Shown: one piece after another, positions 39,081 to 49,320 of the stretch
Position numbering within the stretch: position 1 is the first letter of the stretch
How the letters are laid out: each line of letters opens with the position of its first letter
Source of the DNA: Candidatus Aminicenantes bacterium
Lineage (GTDB): Bacteria; Acidobacteriota; Aminicenantia; UBA2199
Assembly: GCA_963764745.1 (NCBI GenBank)
Contig: CAVXTN010000006.1
Span: 1,652,313-1,716,312, forward strand
Direction of reading: 5' to 3'
DNA: 64,000 bases
Program-made: the position numbers and the translations under genes
The notes under the pieces: model-generated
The model's input: only the letters and a program-made list of their open reading frames with translations
Told to the model about the DNA's origin: nothing
Databases searched by the model: none

Positions 39081-40275
39081 TCAGAACTGGGCGAGCGCGT
39101 CGTCGAAGCTGATGCGCTCGGCGATGGCGGAGCGGAGCTGCATGACGTGGCGGGGGCGGTTCATGCCGAGCACGCCCACCAGGCGACCCGCCCGCCCGTA
39201 GAGGGCCACGAAGCGACGCTCGTCGAGCGAGCCCTCGACCACGCGCACCTCGTCGTCGGGACGGGGCCGCCCGGCGAGCTGGAGCTTGCGGTCGTACTGG
39301 TCGGACCAGAACCACGGCACCGCGGCGAACGGCTCGGCCTCGTCGCGGCCCGCCAGCAGGGCCCGGGCCGCGTGGGCGGCCTGGCCGAAGGCGTGGTCCC
39401 AGTGCTCGACGCGCATGACCTCGCCGTCGAACGTGGGGTTGGGCCAGGCGGCGATGTCGCCGGCGGCCACCACCCCGGCCGCCGCGAAGCAGGCCTCGTC
39501 GCACTGCACGCCGTTGCCGAGCTCGAGGCCGGAGCCTTCGAGCCACTCGGTGTTGGGGATGACGCCGATGCCGACGACGACCACGTCGGCGGCGACGGAG
39601 GTGCCGTCGGCCAGCACCACCCGCTCGACGCGGCCGTTGCCCTCGATGCTGTCGACGCCCACGCCGAGCCGCACGTCGACGCCCTCGTCGCGGTGCAGGT
39701 CGGCGAACACCTGCCCGATCTCGTTGCCCAGCACCCGCCCGAGCGGCACGGGCAGGGGCTCGACGATGGTGACCGCGAGCCGCGTGCTTGCGGCAGGTGG
39801 CCGCCACCTCCGCGCCGATGAAGCCCGCGCCGACCACGACGACGTGCCGTGGGCCCGCGGTGAGCGCCGCGCGGAGCGCGAGGCAGTCGTCGAGGGTGCG
39901 CAGCGCGAACACGCCGGCCATCGACTCGGTGCCGGGCAGCGTGCGGGCGCGCGCCCCGGTGGCGATGACGAGGCCGTCGTAGTCGAGCTCCTCGCCGTCG
40001 TCGAGCGTCAGCGTGCGGCGGCCCAGGTCGAGCGCCGAGGCACGTCGACCGAGGCGCCACTCGACCGAGAGCATCTCGTCGACGGCGGCCGGCAGCACGA
40101 TGCGGTCGGGCTCCCACTCACCGGCGAGGACCTGCTTCGACAGCGGCGGCCGGTCGTAGGGGGTGTGGGCCTCGTCGCCGACCACGATGATGCGGCCCGT
40201 GTAGCCCTCGTGGCGGAACGTCTCGGCCGCCTGCATGCCGGCGATGGACGCGCCGGCGATGACGATGGATTGCAG
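39081..40275 (-). CDS. Ferredoxin--NAD(P)+ reductase (FAD-dependent pyridine nucleotide-disulfide oxidoreductase, putidaredoxin-reductase type). Frameshifted; start codon unclear.
   Basis: ...IVIAGASIAGMQAAETFRHEGYTGRIIVVGDEAHTPYDRPPLSK... in ORF 38413..40236. C-terminal half in ORF 39081..39749. The GxGxxG motif lies upstream of the first ATG, so the start is a non-ATG (CTG at ~40275) or hidden by an indel. Confidence 0.7.
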
Positions 40276-40278
40276 GGG

Positions 40279-40473
40279 TCAGTCCTCCGCTATCGACAAC
40301 GCCTGCTTGGGGCAGCGCCGCACGGCTTCCTCGATCTTGTCGCGCATGCTCTCGGGCGGGGTCTCGTCGAGGATGTAGAGGAAGTCGTCGTCGCGCACCT
40401 CGAACACCTCGGGGGCGATCCCCATGCAGATGGCGTTGCTCTCGCAGAGGTCGAAGTCACACACGACGCGCAC
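40279..40473 (-). CDS. Ferredoxin (single-cluster 3Fe-4S/4Fe-4S type, 64 aa)
   Basis: VRVVCDFDLCESNAICMGIAPEVFEVRDDDFLYILDE...AVRRCPKQALSIAED. GTG start follows the RBS GGGGGACCA. Confidence 0.75.
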   Translation of the reverse strand: MRVVCDFDLCESNAICMGIAPEVFEVRDDDFLYILDETPPESMRDKIEEAVRRCPKQALSIAED

Positions 40474-40518
40474 GGGTTGGTCCCCCTGGGGTTGGCTTCG
40501 GCCGGGCCGGTCCCGACC

Positions 40519-40549
40519 GTCACGGGACCTGGCGTCCCGTCCGCGTGAC
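40519..40549. promoter_or_regulatory. Nested inverted repeat GTCACGGGAC-ctggc-GTCCCG-tccgc-GTGAC in the divergent promoter region between the ferredoxin operon and the SnoaL-like gene
   Basis: Perfect 6-bp IR CGGGAC/GTCCCG, flanked by outer GTCAC/GTGAC arms. Located 46-76 nt upstream of the ferredoxin start. Confidence 0.45.
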
Positions 40550-40605
40550 CGTAGCGCGATCCTCGTGCCGGTAACGTCCGTACACGCCGACCCGGGGGAA
40601 GTGCC

Positions 40606-41070
40606 ATGAGCTACGACCGTGACGAGATCGAACAGGCCTTCCAGCGCTACGCGGCCGCGGCCGCCGACGCCGGCCGCACCGGCGACTGGGGGCCGTGGGT
40701 CGAGTGCTTCACGCCCGACGTCCACTACATCGAGCACCTCTACGGCGACTTCCACGGGCGCGCCGACGTGCTGGCCTGGATCACCCGCACCATGACCGAG
40801 TGGCCCTTCACCCAGATGCAGATCTTCCCGTGGGACTGGTACACGGTCGACGCCGAGCAGGGCTGGGTGGTGGGCCAGGTCGAGAACCGCTTCGTCGACC
40901 CCGGCGACGGCAAGGTCTACGAGGCCGCCAACTGGACGCGGCTCGTCTACGCGGGCGACGGCCTGTTCTCGTCGGAGGAGGACGTGTACAACCCGGCCGA
41001 GTTCGGCCCGATGGTGCAGGGCTGGCTCGAGGCCTGGGCCCAACACCACCCCGACGAGCCGAAGGGCTAG
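40606..41070 (+). CDS. NTF2-like/SnoaL-like (DUF4440-type) protein
   Basis: MSYDRDEIEQAFQRYAAAAADAGRTGDWGPWVECFTPDVHY... 154 aa, intact. Confidence 0.6.
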   Translation: MSYDRDEIEQAFQRYAAAAADAGRTGDWGPWVECFTPDVHYIEHLYGDFHGRADVLAWITRTMTEWPFTQMQIFPWDWYTVDAEQGWVVGQVENRFVDPGDGKVYEAANWTRLVYAGDGLFSSEEDVYNPAEFGPMVQGWLEAWAQHHPDEPKG

Positions 41071-41474
41071 GGGGTCGCGGCGGGGGCCTCGAGCCGGAAC
41101 GTGGGGTGGTCGGCCGCGTCGGGCAGGTCCTTGAAGTAGCCGGCCACCATCTTCCCCTGGATGCGCTGGTAGGTGTCGAGCACGGGCTGGCGCTCGCCCA
41201 CGGGCACCTCGACGGCGCCGAGGGTCTCCGACACGCCCTTCCGGGTGAGCTCGACCGACCCGGCCGCGCGCACGTTCTTCACCCAGGCGGACTCGCCCCG
41301 CGTGGAGACCAGGTAGCGGGCCCCGTCGTGCTCGATCGGCAGGACGGGCACCTCGCGGCGCTCGCCCGACGTGCGACCCACGACGGTCAGCTTGTAGGTG
41401 CCCGACAGGCCGAACTTCATGGCGAGGGGGTTGAAGACGTTCTTCGTGAACCACGGTGGTGGCTTGTACGCCAT
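41067..41474 (-). CDS. Deazaflavin (F420H2)-dependent nitroreductase family protein (Ddn-like/DUF385)
   Basis: ...VFNPLAMKFGLSGTYKLTVVGRTSGERREVPVLPIEHDGARYLVSTRGESAWVKNVRAAG... is a classic Ddn-family core. Confidence 0.75.
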   Translation of the reverse strand: MAYKPPPWFTKNVFNPLAMKFGLSGTYKLTVVGRTSGERREVPVLPIEHDGARYLVSTRGESAWVKNVRAAGSVELTRKGVSETLGAVEVPVGERQPVLDTYQRIQGKMVAGYFKDLPDAADHPTFRLEAPAATP

Positions 41475-41483
41475 GGCGGCCTC

Positions 41484-42241
41484 CTACGAGCCCATCGCGC
41501 CGATGCCGAACACCGCGCCCTGCGGGTCGGCGATGACCGCACCACGCCCGAAGTCCATGTCGTTCGGCGGCACCAGGACGGTGCCGCCCAGCTCGGCGGC
41601 CTGCGCGGCCGACGCGTCGCAGTCGTCGACCGCGAACCACACCGACCAGGCGGGGAACTCGCCCTCGCCGGCGGTGTGGGCGCCGCACACCATCTCGCCG
41701 TCGACCGTGAAGGCCCCGTCGGCGGCCCCGTCCGCGCCCGACGACACGCCCCAGCCGAACAGCGCGGTGTAGAAGCTGCGGGCCGTCGGCCACGTCGGTG
41801 GTGGCGAGCTCGTTCCAGGTGAAGGTGCCGGGCTCGTTCACCAGCGTGGCACCGATGTGCTGGTCGGGCTGCCACACGGAGATGAACGAACCGACCGGGT
41901 CCTGGATGACGCCCATGCGCCCGGCGTCGAACACGTCCATGGGGCCGGCGATGACCGTGCCGCCGTTCTCGGCCGCCGTCGCCGAGCGCGGCATCGGCGT
42001 CGGCCACGGTGACGTAGACGGCCCAGAACGGGGGCATGTCGGCGTTCATCTGGGGGCCGACGCCGGCCACGTTCTGGCCGCGGAGCGTGAACAGCCCGTA
42101 GCCGCCCGCTTCGGGCCGAGGGTCCATCGCGACCTCCCACCCGAACAGGGCGCCGTAGAACGCGGCGGTGGCAGCCGTGTCGGGGCTGCCGAGATCGATC
42201 CACGAGGGGGTTCCGGGCGCGTACGAGGTGCGTTCGGTCAT
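41484..42241 (-). CDS. Two-domain VOC family protein. At least two frameshifts.
   Basis: Domain 1 MTERTSYAPGTPSWIDLGSPDTAATAAFYGALFGWEV... (ORF 41417..42241). Middle part in ORF 40279..41994. Domain 2 ...DGEMVCGAHTAGEGEFPAWSVWFAVDDCDA...ADPQGAVFGI (ORF 41484..41747). Confidence 0.6.
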
Positions 42242-42350
42242 GTCGACCTCCAGGTCTTGGGGAGCGAACGCGAGGGTAGGCCGCGATCGCGCCCGGCCGC
42301 TCCCGAGGCGGGGCCGCGCTCACGGGATCTGCGGACCCGGCGCCGACGTG

Positions 42351-42427
42351 GTGGTGGAGGTGATGGGACTCGAACCCACGGCCTCTTCGATGCGACCGAA
42401 GCGCTCTAGCCAACTGAGCTACACCCC
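42351..42427 (-). tRNA. tRNA-Ala (anticodon CGC), CCA encoded
   Basis: Reverse complement GGGGGTGTAGCTCAGTTGGCTAGAGCGCTTCGGTCGCATCGAAGAGGCCGTGGGTTCGAGTCCCATCACCTCCACCA. The G3:U70 pair in the acceptor stem is the Ala identity element. Anticodon loop GTCGCAT. Confidence 0.8.
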
Positions 42428-42475
42428 CGCAGGAAGCGTCACCTTAGCCGAGGCCGCGAAGGCCCCCGGAACGCG

Positions 42476-42503
42476 TCACTGCCCGGCCGTGAGGCCGGGC
42501 AGT
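42476..42503 (-). terminator. Strong hairpin: 12-bp perfect stem, GTGA loop. Candidate intrinsic terminator of the CAP-domain gene, ahead of the tRNA-Ala promoter.
   Basis: CACTGCCCGGCC-GTGA-GGCCGGGCAGTG. No U-tract, as is common in Actinobacteria. Confidence 0.5.
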
Positions 42504-42558
42504 GGCTGCGGGTCGGCTTCGGGCTCCCCTCCCTCGACCGACGCGTCCTTGGTGTGGC

Positions 42559-43044
42559 TCAGCAGGTCCGGATGAACTCCTGGACCACGAACACGGTGCT
42601 GCCCCGACGGGCCACGCCGGTGCCGGCGTGGTTCCAGGTGCCGTTCAGGATGTTGCCCCGGTGCTCGGGCGAGCCCATGAAGGCCCGTTCGATCGAGGCG
42701 GTGTCGGGGCCGTAGCCGACGTTCTCGCCCAGACCGCACCAGCGCACGCTGTAGCTGCTGGGCAGGTAGGTGTGCTGCAGGTAGCCGATGGCGGCCAGGT
42801 GGTCGGCCCAGGCCTGCGCCTTCGACACCGACTGGGAGAGCGGGCTCAGGTTGCGCAGACCGTTGTGGTAGCGGTCGGTGTTGAGCTGGTAGAGCGTCTT
42901 GGACTGGTTGTTGCTGAGGCACGACGTGAGCAGCGCCATGGCCACCACCAGGGCCAACGCGGCGAGGAGCGCCGGGCGGCGGCGCGCCGGGGACACCTCG
43001 GGGACGTCAGGCGTCGCGGGGGGGCTGGTCTGAGCTGCGGCCAT
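42559..43044 (-). CDS. CAP (SCP/PR-1-like) domain secreted protein
   Basis: Signal peptide, then ...AWADHLAAIGYLQHTYL...GENVGYG...ERAFMGSPEHRGNILN...HAGTGV... Start taken at the internal Met MAAAQTSPP. Confidence 0.65.
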   Translation of the reverse strand: MAAAQTSPPATPDVPEVSPARRRPALLAALALVVAMALLTSCLSNNQSKTLYQLNTDRYHNGLRNLSPLSQSVSKAQAWADHLAAIGYLQHTYLPSSYSVRWCGLGENVGYGPDTASIERAFMGSPEHRGNILNGTWNHAGTGVARRGSTVFVVQEFIRTC

Positions 43045-43140
43045 GAAGAGGTATCGGCCGGATCGTGGGGGCACCTTGAGCCTCAATCGGTCCGGTGGGC
43101 CTGACTTCGTGGCACGCCGGCACTGGTCGGCAGCGGGGGG

Positions 43141-43730
43141 TCAGTTCGCGGCGGAGTGGGGCACCATGGCGGTGTCGACCTTGCGCACCGGGACCCGTGC
43201 GGGGCGGGAGCCCGCCGTGCGGGAGGTGCGGGTGCCGCTCACGGGCCGCTGGACGGCACGGGCGGCGGCAGGGGCCTGCTGGTGCGGCAGGTACCGCACC
43301 TTGAGCTGCTTCTCGTGCGCGATGCGCTGCTGCTGGAGCAGGGCGAAGACGTAGCCGGCCAGGGCCAGGTCGCACAGCACGTTGACGACGATGAGCAGCG
43401 GCCCGCCCAGGACGAGGGCGAGCAGGAAGGTGAAGGCGGCCGCACCAGCGAGGGCGAACAGCACGTCGCGGCGGCGCCGGCGGACGCTGGCCGACACGGA
43501 GGCGGTGCGGGGCGCCGGGCGGCCGGGGCCGAACGCGGCGACCGGGGCGAAGGACTCGGAGCGGCTGGCACGAAGGGAGCTGCGGCGGCCGCCGGGCTGG
43601 GTGCGCTGCAGCGTGTGCAGCTGGTCACGGAACGCGGAGACGGAGTCACCCGGGCGGGTCGAGGCACGGTCCCTCAGCCACGATCCGATGAGTACGGCCC
43701 ACAGAATGACCAGGACACCCAGCAACAGCA
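43141..43730 (-). CDS. Hypothetical membrane protein (2-3 TM helices)
   Basis: Hydrophobic segments MLLLGVLVILWAVLIGSW and LFALAGAAAFTFLLALVLGGPLLIVVNVLCDLALAGYVFALL. Start uncertain. Confidence 0.35.
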
Positions 43731-43947
43731 TTGCCACGCTCCACGCCTGCCTTTTGGTATCTGGACCGTAACCCGACACCCCCGGAAGGGGGTGGATGGT
43801 CGGCGGTCGGGGGGACGGGTGGACCTGAAGTCGACGGTGACCAGGCCAGGAACAGCCCATGACGGGTCGACAACAGTTGTTACATTTCTACTACGACGAG
43901 CGGCCGCGCGCCAGCCGCCCACGTGGCGATCGGGCCCGAAGGGGCGT

Positions 43948-44463
<516 letters not shown>

Positions 44464-44472
44464 CGTGACAGC

Positions 44473-45441
44473 TTACGAGGCCGAGCCGCGCGGCGAAGCT
44501 TCCGGGCCCGGGCCGTCGGGGTGGAGCCCACGCCGCTCGACCAGATCGGTGAGGAAGGCGGCGAACGGCGGGCCCAGGTCGTCACGCTCGAGCGCCAGCT
44601 CGACGGTGGCCCGGAGGTAGTCGAGCTTGGACCCGATGTCGTAGCGGCCGTCTCGGAACACGTAGCCGAACACGTCGGCGTCGCCGAGCAGCAGCGCGAT
44701 GGCGTCGGTGAGCTGGATCTCCCCGCCGACGCCCGGCTTCACCAGCTCGAGGGCGTCGAAGATGTCGGGGGTGAAGACGTAGCGACCCATGACGGCCAGC
44801 GACGAGGGGGCGTCCTCGGGGCGGGGCTTCTCGACGATGCCCTTGATCGGCACGAGGGTGCCGTCGGGCGTGGCGGCCCCGTCGGGGTTCCACGCGTCGC
44901 CCGGGTCGGCGCAGCCGTAGCTGCTGATGTCGGCCTGCGGCACGCTGCGGAGCGCCACCACCGAGGCGTTGCGCTCCTCGTGGGCCGCGATCATGCCGGA
45001 CAGCACCTTGGCGTCGTCGACCATGAGGTCGTCGCCGAGCAGCACCGCGAAGGGGTTGTCGCCGACGTGCTTGCGGGCCACCGACACGGCATGGCCGAGG
45101 CCCAGCGGCTCGCCCTGGCGGACGTAGTGGATGTCGGCCAGCTCGGCGAGGCCCTGGACCTCCTCGAGCAGGTCGTGCTTGCCCTTGGCCTCGAGGAAGT
45201 ACTCGAGCTCGAACTGCCGGTCGAAGTGGTCCTCGATGCTGCGCTTGCCGCGGCCGGTGATGATGAGGATGTCGTCGATGCCGGCGCGCACGGCTTCCTC
45301 GACCACGTACTGGATGGCCGGCTTGTCGACGACCGGCAGCATCTCCTTGGCCTGGGCCTTCGTGGCCGGCAGGAAGCGCGTGCCGAGCCCTGCCGCGGGG
45401 ATGACGGCCTTGCGGACGGTGCGGTGCGGATCGGTCGTCAC
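44473..45441 (-). CDS. galU: UTP--glucose-1-phosphate uridylyltransferase
   Basis: VRKAVIPAAGLGTRFLPATKAQAKEMLPVVDKPAIQYVVEEA...YVRQGEPLGLGHAV... GTG start at an internal V of ORF 44473..45567. Confidence 0.85.
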   Translation of the reverse strand: MTTDPHRTVRKAVIPAAGLGTRFLPATKAQAKEMLPVVDKPAIQYVVEEAVRAGIDDILIITGRGKRSIEDHFDRQFELEYFLEAKGKHDLLEEVQGLAELADIHYVRQGEPLGLGHAVSVARKHVGDNPFAVLLGDDLMVDDAKVLSGMIAAHEERNASVVALRSVPQADISSYGCADPGDAWNPDGAATPDGTLVPIKGIVEKPRPEDAPSSLAVMGRYVFTPDIFDALELVKPGVGGEIQLTDAIALLLGDADVFGYVFRDGRYDIGSKLDYLRATVELALERDDLGPPFAAFLTDLVERRGLHPDGPGPEASPRGSAS

Positions 45442-45642
45442 AGACCACCAGTTGTACCCGACGGCACACCCCACCGCACACCTGGCACGGGGCCGGGCTG
45501 GGGACCCGCGGGCCGCTCCCGGTATGCTGGCAGTCTCCGGGGTCGAGTGCCAGCTGTGCTCTCCCACGACCCTGGGCTCTCCGTCGGCGGCGCTGTCCTC
45601 CGACGGTCCCGGCCCCCGATCGCGTGCGCACAGAGGTCCCCG

Positions 45643-45927
45643 ATGCCCACCTACGAATACCGCTGCAAGGACTGCGGCGAGCCGCTCGAAGTCGTGCAGT
45701 CGTTCACCGACGACGCCCTCACGGAGTGCCCCGCGTGCGGCGGCACGCTGCGAAAGGTGTTCGGCAACGTCGGCATCGCCTTCAAGGGCAGCGGCTTCTA
45801 CAAGACCGACAGCCGGGGCTCGAAGGCCACGGCCGGCACGTCCTCGGGTTCCGGTTCCGGGTCCGGCGACAGCGGCTCGTCGTCGAGCGACAGCACCAGC
45901 AGCTCATCCAGCGACTCGTCGTCGTGA
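45643..45927 (+). CDS. FmdB-family zinc-ribbon protein with a Ser/Gly-rich tail
   Basis: MPTYEYRCKDCGEPLEVVQSFTDDALTECPACGGTLRKVFG... Low-complexity Ser/Gly-rich sequence continues in another frame to 46015, which may reflect an indel. Confidence 0.7.
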   Translation: MPTYEYRCKDCGEPLEVVQSFTDDALTECPACGGTLRKVFGNVGIAFKGSGFYKTDSRGSKATAGTSSGSGSGSGDSGSSSSDSTSSSSSDSSS

Positions 45928-46050
45928 GGGCAACGGCAACGGCAGCAGCGGGACCGGGAGCGACGGGGCGAAGAAGGCCGACACCAAGGCCCCCGCCGCC
46001 ACCCCCTCCACCTGACCCGCCCGGCGGCCGAGTTCCCGTTCTGCTCCCGC

Positions 46051-47315
46051 TCAGTTGGCCGAGCCGGTCGCTGCGCCCGACGACCCGGACGAACTGGACC
46101 CTGACCCGCCGCCCGCGACGCCGGGCTCGGGCGTCGGCGTCGTCACGGAGCAGTTGGCGTCGGGAGGGCACGACGGCGTGGTGGGGCACGGCGCGTTCGC
46201 CGGGCAGCTGGGGACCGAGCAAGGGGTCGTCGTCGCGCAGCCGCAGACCGTGCCGGGCGTCGAGCTCGGGTGTCGCGGTGCCCGGCTTGACCGTCTCGGC
46301 GGGACCGCCGGGGTTCACGTAGGTGCAGGTCGGCGGCAGCGTGGTCTTCGGGCAGGACGCCGTGCTGGCGCCCGGCACCTGGAGCTTGAGGCACTCCCCC
46401 GATCCCGGGAGCGTGGTCGGCGTCGGGGAACCGCAGTTCTGACCGTTCGGGAGCGGCGTGGTGGCCGTGGGCGCCTGCTCGGTGAGCGTCAGCAGCGGAC
46501 GCGCAGCCGCTCGGGGTAGACCCGCCGGCGTTGGACGGCTGTCGCACGCCGATCGCGGTCGGCAGCGAGGTGGCACCGGGCGCCAGCGGCAGCGCCAGCG
46601 CGGCGACCCAACCGGTGCCGCCCGGCACGGTGGTCGAGGTCGCCGACGTCGGTGGCCGCGCCGACGTCGGCGGCCACCCGCTGGTCGGCGCTCCCCGAAC
46701 CACGCACCAGGACCACCACGAACGGATGGCCCTCGGCGACGCCGACGACCTGCTCGGTGGCGGTCGTGGAGGACCCGGTCAGCGTGGTGCCGAAGGTCGG
46801 TGCCACGGCCACGTCGTCGGTCGAGGCCTCCACCTGGAACGTGTCGGAGGTGACGGTGCACGGGCCCGGAACGGTCGTGGCGGGACCGGATGCCTGCGGC
46901 TCGATCGGGCCGCCGACCGTGCCACTCCCCACCGAGTACACCGCGCAGGGTCACGCCGTTGGAGGTGCGGATCAGGACCTTGGTGAGCGGACCGGAGGCG
47001 AGCTCGGGCCCGGCCATCATGCTGTTCGTCCCGCCCGAGGCGCCGGGGACCAGGGCCGTGCGACCCACCCTTGGGCTGCGTCGCGGCGGTCTGCGTGGTC
47101 GTGTGGCTGCCGGTGTTGCGGCCGACGGCGACACCCGTGGCCACGCCCGCGATCAGCAGCACCGCGGCGGCCACCGACAGCACCCGCTGGTTGCGCCGGC
47201 TGCGGGTGGCGATGCGGTCGGTGAGGTCGGCGACGTCGGCCTGGGGGGCGACGGCCGCGCCCTCGTGGGCCAGCCCCGCGCGCAGGCGACCGGTGAGGTC
47301 CTCGTCGTCGCTCAT
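46051..47315 (-). CDS. Anti-sigma factor (single TM, Cys-rich extracytoplasmic domain). Multiple frameshifts; the C-terminal boundary is approximate.
   Basis: MSDDEDLTGRLRAGLAHEGAAVAPQADVADLTDRIATRSRRNQRVLSVAAAVLLIAGVATGVAVG (ORF 46779..47789). ATGA overlap with the sigma stop at 47312-47315. Downstream fragments in ORFs 45782..47134 and 46489..46941. Confidence 0.5.
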
Positions 47316-47848
47316 GGTTGGATCACCTCTCGGAGTGCGGCCAGGCCGCGGTGGATCAGGGATGCGACGGTGCCGACGCGGCAGCCGAGCGCATCGGCGA
47401 TGGCGGCGTCGGGGAGGTCGGCGTAGTAGCGCAGCACGATGGCGGCCCGCTGCCGGTCGGGCAGCGAGCGGAGCGCGTCGGTGAGCTCGTCGGGCTGGTC
47501 GGCGCGTGACGGCACGGCCTCGAGGAGACGCTCGCGGTCGGCGCCGGGGACCTCGTTGCGGCGGGTCCGGGCGGTGCGGCGGTGGTGCGAGGTGGCGCCG
47601 TTCACGACGCTGCGCCGCACGTAGGCGACCGGCTGGTCGACCGAGCCCCAGCGCCGGTGCAGGCCGACGAACGCGTCCTGCACCAGGTCCTGGGCGGTGT
47701 CGCTCGACCCGGTGAGCACGTACGCCAGCCGCACCAGGGCGTCGTGGTGGGCGAGGTAGCAGTCGACGAACGTCGTCGACGGCCCGCACTCGCCGGGGTT
47801 CACCGCCTGGAGTCGGGCACCGAGCACCGGGGCCGCCGCGTCATGCAC
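47312..47848 (-). CDS. ECF RNA polymerase sigma factor (SigE-like)
   Basis: Region 2 (DLVQDAFVGLHRRW) and region 4 (LPDRQRAAIVLRYYADLPDAAIADALGCRVGTVASLIHRGLAALR). GTG start. Confidence 0.85.
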   Translation of the reverse strand: MHDAAAPVLGARLQAVNPGECGPSTTFVDCYLAHHDALVRLAYVLTGSSDTAQDLVQDAFVGLHRRWGSVDQPVAYVRRSVVNGATSHHRRTARTRRNEVPGADRERLLEAVPSRADQPDELTDALRSLPDRQRAAIVLRYYADLPDAAIADALGCRVGTVASLIHRGLAALREVIQP

Positions 47849-47900
47849 GGATGTCTAGACGCCCGACCCACCCCAAACCTTGCACCCGTCTCCCCCTTCC

Positions 47901-47956
47901 ACGTTCTGGGGACGGATATGTGCGCCTGGCGCACATATCGCACCGAAAGTGCGGGT
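47901..47956. repeat. Palindromic intergenic repeat, family A copy 2 (degenerate right arm carrying an embedded GCAC-CGAAA-GTGC mini-hairpin)
   Basis: ACGTTCTGGGGACGGATATGTGCGCC-TG-GCGCACATATCGCACCGAAAGTGCGG. Located between the AAA ATPase stop and the sigma factor start. Confidence 0.7.
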
Positions 47957-47990
47957 CCGACCCGTCCGGCCGGGGTCTGTCCCGGGAGGG

Positions 47991-49076
47991 TCAGAGGTAG
48001 AAGCCGACCGCGGCGGGCGGCTCGACCGCCTCGATGGGCCCCGCGCCGCCGACCCGGGCGTAGAGCTCGGCCACCGTGGCTCCCTCGGCGGCGATGGGCA
48101 CCGCCTCGCCGAGCCACTCCCGGCACTCCTCCGGGCTGAGCCGCCCCACCTCGATCTGGGCGAGGCAGCGACCCGGGCGGATCACGGCCGGGTGGAGGCG
48201 CGCGTGAGGGGCTCGTTGGTGGTGATCGCCACCAACACCTCGAGGCCCTGGCCGAGGATGCCGTCAGTGAGGTTGAGGAGGCGAGCGAGCGACTGCCCGG
48301 TCCCCGACTTGGCGTCGCCACGGATCAGCTCGTCGCAGTCCTCCAGGATGAGCAGCCGCCACCGCGGGTCGCCCTCGTCGTCCGGCTCGCAGAGCCCGAC
48401 CTCCATCAGGTAGCTCGGGTCGCGCAGCAGGCGTTCCGGATCGAGGACGCAGTCGACCTGGCACCACGACCGCCACCCATGGGCGAGCGCACGCAGCGCG
48501 GTGGTCTTGCCGGTTCCCGGAGGACCGTGCAACAGCAGCAGGCGACCGTTGATCGCGTCGGGCCGCAACGCCATGAGGTCGTCGAACGCCGCCGCGACGG
48601 AGCGCTGGTAGTTGCGCCGGATCTCGGGCCAGGGGCGCACCGCGATGCCCCGCGTGCGCCGCACCGGGCCGCGCTGCCCTACGTTCCAGAACCCCAGGCT
48701 CACACGCTCGTCGGTGGGCGCGGGGGGCTCGACCGCACCCTCGCAGGCCTCGTCGAGCACCTGCCGCGGCCACGTCGGCGCTCGTCGCCGTCACCGTCAG
48801 CACGGCAGAGCGATCCCGGTAGCGCGCCACGAGGAGCAGCCAGCCGTCACCGGACACGAGCGTCGAGGTCCGGTGCGACTGCTCGGCGTGACGGATCACG
48901 GCACCGCCGTCGGGGAGGAGGGCGGCGTCGGGCAGCACGTTCTCGAGCTGGCGCGTCCGCGACCAGGGCTGGGTCCCGGCCACGAAGGCCGCGATGATCA
49001 TCGTGTCGATGACCGCGCCGGGGTTGGCGCACTCGTCGAGGGTGATGGAGGTCGGAGGGAAGGTGGAAGGGAACAT
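47991..49076 (-). CDS. AAA family ATPase with a ~170-aa N-terminal domain of unknown function. Two frameshifts.
   Basis: Walker A LLLHGPPGTGKTTALRAL, Walker B LLILEDCDE, sensor-1 ITTNEP, sensor-2/Arg finger IRPGR (in ORF 47991..48185). N-terminal MFPSTFPPTSITLDECANPG... in ORF 48264..49109. Confidence 0.65.
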
Positions 49077-49145
49077 GGCTGAGGTCGCGTTCGTGAAGGC
49101 GCGCGGCACAGACGCGTCGCGCTGGATCGGGTTCGGCCCGGCTGG

Positions 49146-49171
49146 AGCCGGTGTCGGTCGCGGGCTCTAGA
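49146..49171. promoter_or_regulatory. Perfect 26-bp palindrome GGTCGCGGGCTCTAGAGCCCGCGACC, about 70 nt upstream of the AAA ATPase start
   Basis: The sequence is its own reverse complement. It lies between the pmbA end, the family-A repeat and the AAA ATPase start. Confidence 0.5.
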
Positions 49172-49320
49172 GCCCGCGACCTGGCTGCACGCCGAAGGTG
49201 GCCCTCGACGGGGCAGGTCCCCGGAGGGCCGCGGCGGCAGCAGTGGACGAACGCATAGGGCGGAGATGATGCGCCTCCCCGCTCCGCGTGTCAACGGAGT
49301 TCCCGGTCAACCCACCCTCG

